A stretch of DNA of 64,000 bases from Eledone cirrhosa (taxonomy: Eukaryota). Under the pieces are notes generated by a model. The model saw only the letters and a list, made by a program, of their open reading frames with translations. It was not told the origin of the DNA and ran no database searches. The stretch spans positions 20,894,001-20,958,000 of the forward strand of contig OZ024765.1 in NCBI GenBank assembly GCA_964016885.1. The letters run 5' to 3'. The number at the start of each line of letters is the position of its first letter. Position 1 is the stretch's first letter. Shown here piece after piece: positions 57,297 through 64,000 of this stretch. A program made the translations under genes and the position numbers.

Positions 57297-57870
57297 CCAG
57301 TTGTCTATATAGTAGAAGTACCATTTACTTTAGGAGGAATGAAGCCGACAAGTCGCACACACAGATATATATAAACACAGATATATATACACACAGATAT
57401 ATATACACACAGATATATATATATACACACGTGTGTATATGTATATATACATATATACACCCAGTTGTCTATATAGTAGAAGTACCATTTACTTTAGGAA
57501 GAATGAAGCCGACAAGTCGCACACACAGATATATATAAACACAGATATATATAAACACAGATATATATACACACAGATATATATATATACAGATATATAT
57601 ATATACACACGTGTGTATATGTATATATATATATATATATATATACACCCAGTTGTCTATATAGTAGAAGTACCATTTACCTTAGGAAGAATGAAGCCGA
57701 CAAGTCGCACACACAGATATATATAAACACAGATATATATAAACACAGATATATATACACACAGATATATATACACACAGATATATATATATACACACGT
57801 GTGTATATGTATATATATATATATATATACACCCAGTTGTCTATATAGTAGAAGTAGCACTTACTTTAGG
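57290..57870. repeat. ~165-190-bp composite tandem repeat (3 full units plus the start of a fourth)
   Basis: CACCCAGTTGTCTATATAGTAGAAGTA recurs at ~57294, 57458, 57646 and 57830, separated by (TA/CA)n. Confidence 0.9.
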
Positions 57871-57960
57871 AGGGATGTTACAGAGATGTAACACAAGGAA
57901 GGAAGCCGCTAACAGCGATACACAGTCGTACTCCATCGAATTTGACCAACAGCAGTTTGT

Positions 57961-60500
57961 GTAGAGTGTAGGAGATTTCATGAAGACTTGTGTTGTGGTG
58001 GTAGTGGTAGTAGTAGTGGTGGTTGTTGTTGTTGTAGTGGTGGTGGTGGTGGTAGTAGTCGTGGTTGTTGTTGTAGTAGTGGTGGTGGTGGAGGTTGTTG
58101 TTGTGGTGTGGTGTTGTGGTGGTTAGTGTGGTAGAGTGTAGGAGATTTCATGAAGACTTGTGTTGTGGTAGTAGTGGTAGTAGTAGTGGTGGTTGTTGTT
58201 GTTGTAGTGGTGGTGGTGGTCGTGGTTGTTGTTGTAGTAGTGGTGGTGGTGGAGGTTGTTGTTGTGGTGTGGTGTTGTGGTGGTTAGTGTGGTAGAGTGT
58301 AGGAGATTTCATGAAGACTTGTGTTGTGGTAGTAGTGGTAGTAGTAGTGGTGGTTGTTGTTGTTGTAGTGGTGGTGGTGGTGGTAGTAGTCGTGGTTGTT
58401 GTTGTAGTGGTGGTGGTGGTGGAGGTTGTTGTTGTGGTGTGGTGTTGTGGTGGTTAGTGTGGTAGAGTGTAGGAGATTTCATGAAGACTTGTGTTGTGGT
58501 AGTAGTGGTGGTTGTGGTTGTTGTAGTGGTGGTGGTAGTAGTGGTGGTTGTTGTTGTTGTAGTGGTAGTGGTGGTGGAGGTTGTTGTTGTAGTGGTGGTG
58601 GTGGTAGTAGTAGTCGTGGTTGTTGTTGTAGTAGTGGTGGTGGTGGAGGTTGTTGTTGTGGTGGTGTGGTGTTGTGGTGGTTAGTGTGGTAGAGTGGAGG
58701 AGATTTCATGAAGACTTGTGTTGTGGTAGTAGTGGTGGTTGTGGTTGTTGTAGTGGTGGTGGTAGTAGTGGTGGTTGTTGTTGTTGTAGTGGTAGTGGTG
58801 GTGGAGGTTGTTGTTGTAGTGGTGGTGGTGGTAGTAGTAGTCGTGGTTGTTGTTGTAGTAGTGGTGGTGGTGGAGGTTGTTGTTGTGGTGTGGTGTTGTG
58901 GTGGTTAGTGTGGTAGAGTGTAGGAGATTTCATGAAGACTTGTGTTGTGGTAGTAGTGGTGGTTGTGGTTGTTGTAGTGGTGGTGGTAGTAGTGGTGGTT
59001 GTTGTTGTTGTAGTGGTAGTGGTGGTGGAGGTTGTTGTTGTAGTGGTGGTGGTGGTAGTAGTAGTCGTGGTTGTTGTTGTAGTAGTGGTGGTGGTGGAGG
59101 TTGTTGTTGTGGTGGTGTGGTGTTGTGGTGGTTAGTGTGGTAGAGTGGAGGAGATTTCATGAAGACTTGTGTTGTGGTGGTAGTGGTAGTAGTAGTGGTG
59201 GTGGTAGTAGTCGTGGTTGTTGTTGTAGTAGTGGTGGTGGTAGTAGTGGTGGTGGAGGTTGTTGTGGTGGTGTGGTGTTGTGGTGGTTAGTGTGGTAGAG
59301 TGTAGGAGATTTCATGAAGACTTGTGTTGTAGTGGTAGTGGTGGTGGTTGTTGTAGTGGTCGTGGTTGTTGTTGTAGTGGTGGTGGTGGTAGTAGTGGTG
59401 GTGGAGGTTTCATGAAGACTTGTGTTGTAGTGGTAGTGGTGGTGGTAGTAGTGGTGGTGGTTGTTGTTGTTGTAGTAGTGGTGGTGGTAGTGGTGGAGGT
59501 TGTTGTTGTGGTGGTGTGGTGTTGTGGTGGTTAATGTGGTAGAGTGTAGGAGATTTCATGAAGACTTGTGTTGTAGTGGTAGTGGTAGTAGTAGTGGTGG
59601 TTGTTGTTGTTGTAGTGGTGGTGGTGGTAGTAGTGGTGGTTGTTGTAGTAGTAGTGGTGGTGGTAGTAGTGGTGGTGGAGGTTGTTGTTGTGGTGGTGTG
59701 GTGTTGTGGTGGTTAGTGTGGTAGAGTGTAGGAGATTTCACGAAGATTTGTGTTGTGGTGGTAGTGGTAGTAGTAGTGGTGGTTGTTGTTGTTGTAGTAG
59801 TGGTGGTGGTAGTAGTCGTGGTTGTTGTAGTAGTAGTGGTGGTGGTGGAGGTTGTTGTGGTGGTGTGGTGTGGTGGTGGTAGAGTGTAGGAGATTTCATG
59901 AAGACTTGTGTTGTAGTGGTGGTGGTAGTAGTGGTGGTTGTTGATGTTGTTGTTGTAGTAGTGGTGGTGGTAGTAGTGGTGGAGGTTGTTGTTGTGGTGG
60001 TGGTGGTAGTAGTGGTGGAGGTTGTTGTTGTTGTGGCGGTGTGGTGTTGTGGTGGTTAGTGTGGTAGAGTGTAGGAGATTTCACGAAGATTTGTGTTGTG
60101 GTGGTGGTTGTTGTAGTGGTGGTGGTAGTAGTGGTGGAGGTTGTGCTGGTGGAGGTAGTGGTGGAAGTAGTGGTGGTTGTAGTGGTTGTTGTTGTTGTTG
60201 TGGTGGTGGTAGTGTTGTGGTGGTAGTGGTTGTAGTGGTAGTGGTTGTGGTGGTAGTGGTGTGGTAGTGGTTGTGGTAGTGTGCAGGAGATTTCATGAAG
60301 ACTTCTGTTCTGTTATGGTGGTAGTAGTGGTGGCGGTTGTGGTGGTTGTTGTGGTAGTAGTAGTGGTGGTTGTTGTAGTAGTGGTGGTTGTTGTAGTGGT
60401 TGTGGTCGTGTGCAGGAGATTTCATGAAGACTTCTGTGGTGATAGTAGTGGTTGTTGTTGTAGTGGTGGTGTGTAGCAGATATCATGAAAAACTGCAAGG
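57961..60500. repeat. Composite satellite: conserved GTAGAGTGTAGGAGATTTCATGAAGACTTGTGTTG block (~15 copies) separated by variable (GGT/GTT/AGT)n
   Basis: Block at ~57961, 58131, 58292, 58462, 58689, 58913, 59140, 59295, 59539, 59721, 59879 and 60064, with variants at 60281 and 60411. Confidence 0.92.
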
Positions 60501-60785
60501 TGTTGGTGGTGGTGGTGGTTGTTGGTGTTGTTGGTGGTGGGGGCGGTGTTGGTGGTGGTGGTTGTTGGTGGTGGTGGTTGTTGTTGTTGGTAGTGTTGGT
60601 GGTGGTGGAGGTGGCGGTGGTGGTCGTGCTGGTGGCGGCGGTGTTGGTGGTGGTGGTGGAGGCGGTGTTGGTGATGGAAGCGGTGGAGGCGGTGGAGGCG
60701 GTGGTGGTGGTGGTGGAGGCGGTGCTAGTGGGGATGGGTTCTATTAAATAGAACAAGGAATTGATGTCAAAACATACATTCTAGA

Positions 60786-60825
<40 letters not shown>

Positions 60826-60974
60826 GGTAGTAGTGGTGGTGGTGGTGTTGTTATTTAACCATGATTTGGTGTGACTGGATGTGAACAGTGTAGTGGAAAA
60901 TGCAGGCTTAATCATTTCCTTAATGTGGACAGTGGCTAGATTTGTCAATCACTACCCAGCTACCTCAGCACACC

Positions 60975-63025
60975 AAATACCCAGGTACACATTGTAGAGC
61001 TAACCTAGGGTGTTAAATACCCAGGTAGACATTGTAGAGCTAGTCTAGGGTGCTAAATACCCAGGTAGACATTGTAGAGCTAGTCTAGGGTGTTAAATAC
61101 CCAGGTACACATTGTAGAGCTAACCTAGGGTGTTAAATACCCAGGTACACATTGTAGAGCTAACCTAGGGTGTTAAATACCCAGGTACACATTGTAGAGC
61201 TAACCTAGGGTGCTAAATACCCAGGTAGACATTGTAGAGCTAACCTAGGGTGTTAAATACCCAGGTACACATTGTAGAGCTAACCTAGGGTGTTAAATAC
61301 CCAGGTACACATTGTAGAGCTAACCTAGGGTGTTAAATACCCAGGTACACATTGTAGAGCTAACCTAGGGTGTTAAATACCCAGGTACACATTGTAGAGC
61401 TAACCTAGGGTGCTAAATACCCAGGTAGACATTGTAGAGCTAACCTAGGGTGTTAAATACCCAGGTACACATTGTAGAGCTAACCTAGGGTGTTAAATAC
61501 CCAGGTACACATTGTAGAGCTAACCTAGGGTGTTAAATACCCAGGTACACATTGTAGAGCTAACCTAGGGTGCTAAATACCCAGGTAGACATTGTAGAGC
61601 TAGCCTAGGGTGTTAAATACCCAGGTACACATTGTAGAGCTAACCTAGGGTGCTAAATACCCAGGTAGACATTGTAGAGCTAACCTAGGGTGTTAAATAC
61701 CCAGGTACACATTGTAGAGCTAACCTAGGGTGTTAAATACCCAGGTACACATTGTAGAGCTAACCTAGGGTGTTAAATACCCAGGTACACATTGTAGAGC
61801 TAACCTAGGGTGCTAAATACCCAGGTAGACATTGTAGAGCTAACCTAGGGTGCTAAATACCCAGGTACACATTGTAGAGCTAACCTAGGGTGCTAGATAC
61901 CCAGGTAGACATTGTAGAGCTAACCTAGGGTGCTAAATACCCAGGTACACATTGTAGAGCTAGTCTAGGGTACTAAATACCCAGGTACACATTGTAGAGC
62001 TAGTCTAGGGTACTAAATACCCAGGTAGACATTGTAGAGCTAGTCTAGGGTACTAAATACCCAGGTACACATTGTAGAGCTAACCTAGGGTGCTAAATAC
62101 CCAGGTAGACATTGTAGAGCTAACCTAGGGTGCTAAATACCCAGGTACACATTGTAGAGCTAACCTAGGGTGCTAGATACCCAGGTAGACATTGTAGAGC
62201 TAACCTAGGGTGCTAAATACCCAGGTACACATTGTAGAGCTAGTCTAGGGTACTAAATACCCAGGTACACATTGTAGAGCTAGTCTAGGGTACTAAATAC
62301 CCAGGTAGACATTGTAGAGCTAACCTAGGGTGTTAAATACCCAGGTACACATTGTAGAGCTAACCTAGGGTGCTAGATACCCAGGTAGACATTGTAGAGC
62401 TAACCTAGGGTGCTAAATACCCAGGTACACATTGTAGAGCTAGTCTAGGGTACTAAATACCCAGGTACACATTGTAGAGCTAGTCTAGGGTACTAAATAC
62501 CCAGGTACACATTGTAGAGCTAGTCTAGGGTGCTAAATACCCAGGTACACATTGTAGAGCTAACCTAGGGTGCTAAATACCCAGGTAGACATTGTAGAGC
62601 TAACCTAGGGTGTTAAATACCCAGGTACACATTGTAGAGCTAGTCTAGGGTGTTAAATACCCAGGTACACATTGTAGAGCTAACCTAGGGTGCTAAATAC
62701 CCAGGTACACATTGTAGAGCTAACCTAGGGTGCTAAATACCCAGGTACACATTGTAGAGCTAGTCTAGGGTGCTAAATACCCAGGTACACATTGTAGAGC
62801 TAGTCTAGGGTGTTAAATACCCAGGTACACATTGTAGAGCTAGTCTAGGGTGTTAAATACCCAGGTAGACATTGTAGAGCTAGTCTAGGGTGTTAAATAC
62901 CCAGGTACACATTGTAGAGCTAGCCTAGGGTGCTAGATACCCAGGTACACATTGTAGAGCTAACCTAGGGTGTTAAATACCCAGGTACACATTGTAGAGC
63001 TAGTCAAAGGCTCTAAATATCCAGG
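60975..63025. repeat. 40-bp minisatellite (~51 copies)
   Basis: Unit AAATACCCAGGTACACATTGTAGAGCTAACCTAGGGTGTT with recurring variants. Confidence 0.97.
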
Positions 63026-63227
63026 CGCCCGTCTTGACTGCTACCACAGGTGTATATCGTGGGTGGCGAAACTCTGACCCATGGTGGTAATGTTGCCCGA
63101 ATACAGAATTGAAACCCTATCTCACGTGGTCCCTTAATTAAATAAAGAACAAACAAATCAACAACAAAACACAAACACAAAACAGGGGAGATAATTAAGG
63201 AGCATATAAATCTGGGTTATCTCCCTT

Positions 63228-63258
<31 letters not shown>

Positions 63259-63302
63259 CCGTTTTGACGTCCGCTTTCCCTGCTAGCATGGGTTGGACGG
63301 GT
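63228..63302 (-). mobile_element. SINE/RTE-type 3' tail with (ATG)n
   Basis: (ATC)n followed by GACGTCCGCTTTCCCTGCTAGCATGGGTTGGACGGG. Confidence 0.75.
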
Positions 63303-63559
63303 CTACATAGACAAAGTCGGTACTGAAGCGAGGGGCTACTGATCTCCCAGACAGGCCAGGGATCTGTCCCCTCGGTCTTATACGGTCTTGTGTTCTACCG
63401 AGGGCAGAAGGGAAGTTGTGTCCCGGGTCCTTCTAACCCTTTGGAGGTCTGTATTTCACATACAGTCATTATTGAGTGCAGGGGAGAAGTTGTCTCGTCT
63501 TTTGACACAGACTAAGGGGTCCACCTAAACATTTGTTTAGCAAGCTTTCTACCCTGAAC

Positions 63560-64000
63560 AACTTTAGAGAAATAACTATTTACAGGGACTAATGTAGGGT
63601 TACGACCCAGGACCTTGTGTAACTTTAGAGAAATACCTATTTACAGGGACTAATGTAGGGTTACAACCCAGGACCTTGTGTAACTTTGGAGAAATAGCTA
63701 TTTACAGGGACTAATGTAGGGTTACAACCCAGGACCTTGTGTAACCCCCTGAAATAACTATTTACAGGGACTAATGTAGGGTTAGAACCCTGGACCTTGT
63801 GTAACTTTAGAGAAATAACTATTTACAGGGACTAATGTAGGGTTACAACCCAGGACCTTGAGTAACTTTGGAGAAATAACTATTTACAGGGACAAATGTA
63901 GGGTTAGAACCCAGGACCTTGTGTAACTTTAGAGAAATACCTATTTACAGGGACTAATGTAGGGTTACAACCCAGGACCTTGTGTAACTTTGGTGAAATA
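63560..64000. repeat. 61-bp minisatellite (>=7 copies, truncated by window end)
   Basis: AACTTTAGAGAAATAACTATTTACAGGGACTAATGTAGGGTTACAACCCAGGACCTTGTGT at 63560, 63621, 63682, etc. Confidence 0.96.

Noticed and set aside
57961-60500. CRISPR-like repeat/spacer appearance, and Cys/Gly-rich keratin-associated-like ORFs
   Set aside because: Spacers are long, low-complexity and related to each other. There are no cas genes and the context is eukaryotic. The ORFs are microsatellite translations.

Overview
Eukaryotic, almost entirely repetitive, non-coding DNA. The SINE, RTE and Penelope repertoire and the very high (AT)n/(AC)n/(GGT)n density resemble octopod cephalopod genomes; this is recognition from memory, not verified. 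No intact host gene could be supported, and nearly all long ORFs in the track are microsatellite artefacts. The window contains: (i) minisatellites of 67, 45, 20, 26, 98, 61, 40 and 61 bp, three visibly amplified from SINE or LINE pieces; (ii) fragments of RTE, CR1-like and L1/Tx1-like LINEs, tRNA-derived SINEs and a Tc1/mariner-type MITE; (iii) a Penelope-like GIY-YIG endonuclease fragment with an internal inversion, bracketed by inverted pseudo-LTRs. The main signal is a dense set of type I hammerhead ribozyme motifs read by hand: 7 with a complete CUGANGA...GAAA...UH core in three sequence families, plus several decayed copies. One family shows compensatory stem I changes, three families have a U-U pair at the base of stem II, and many copies sit in fold-back palindromes.
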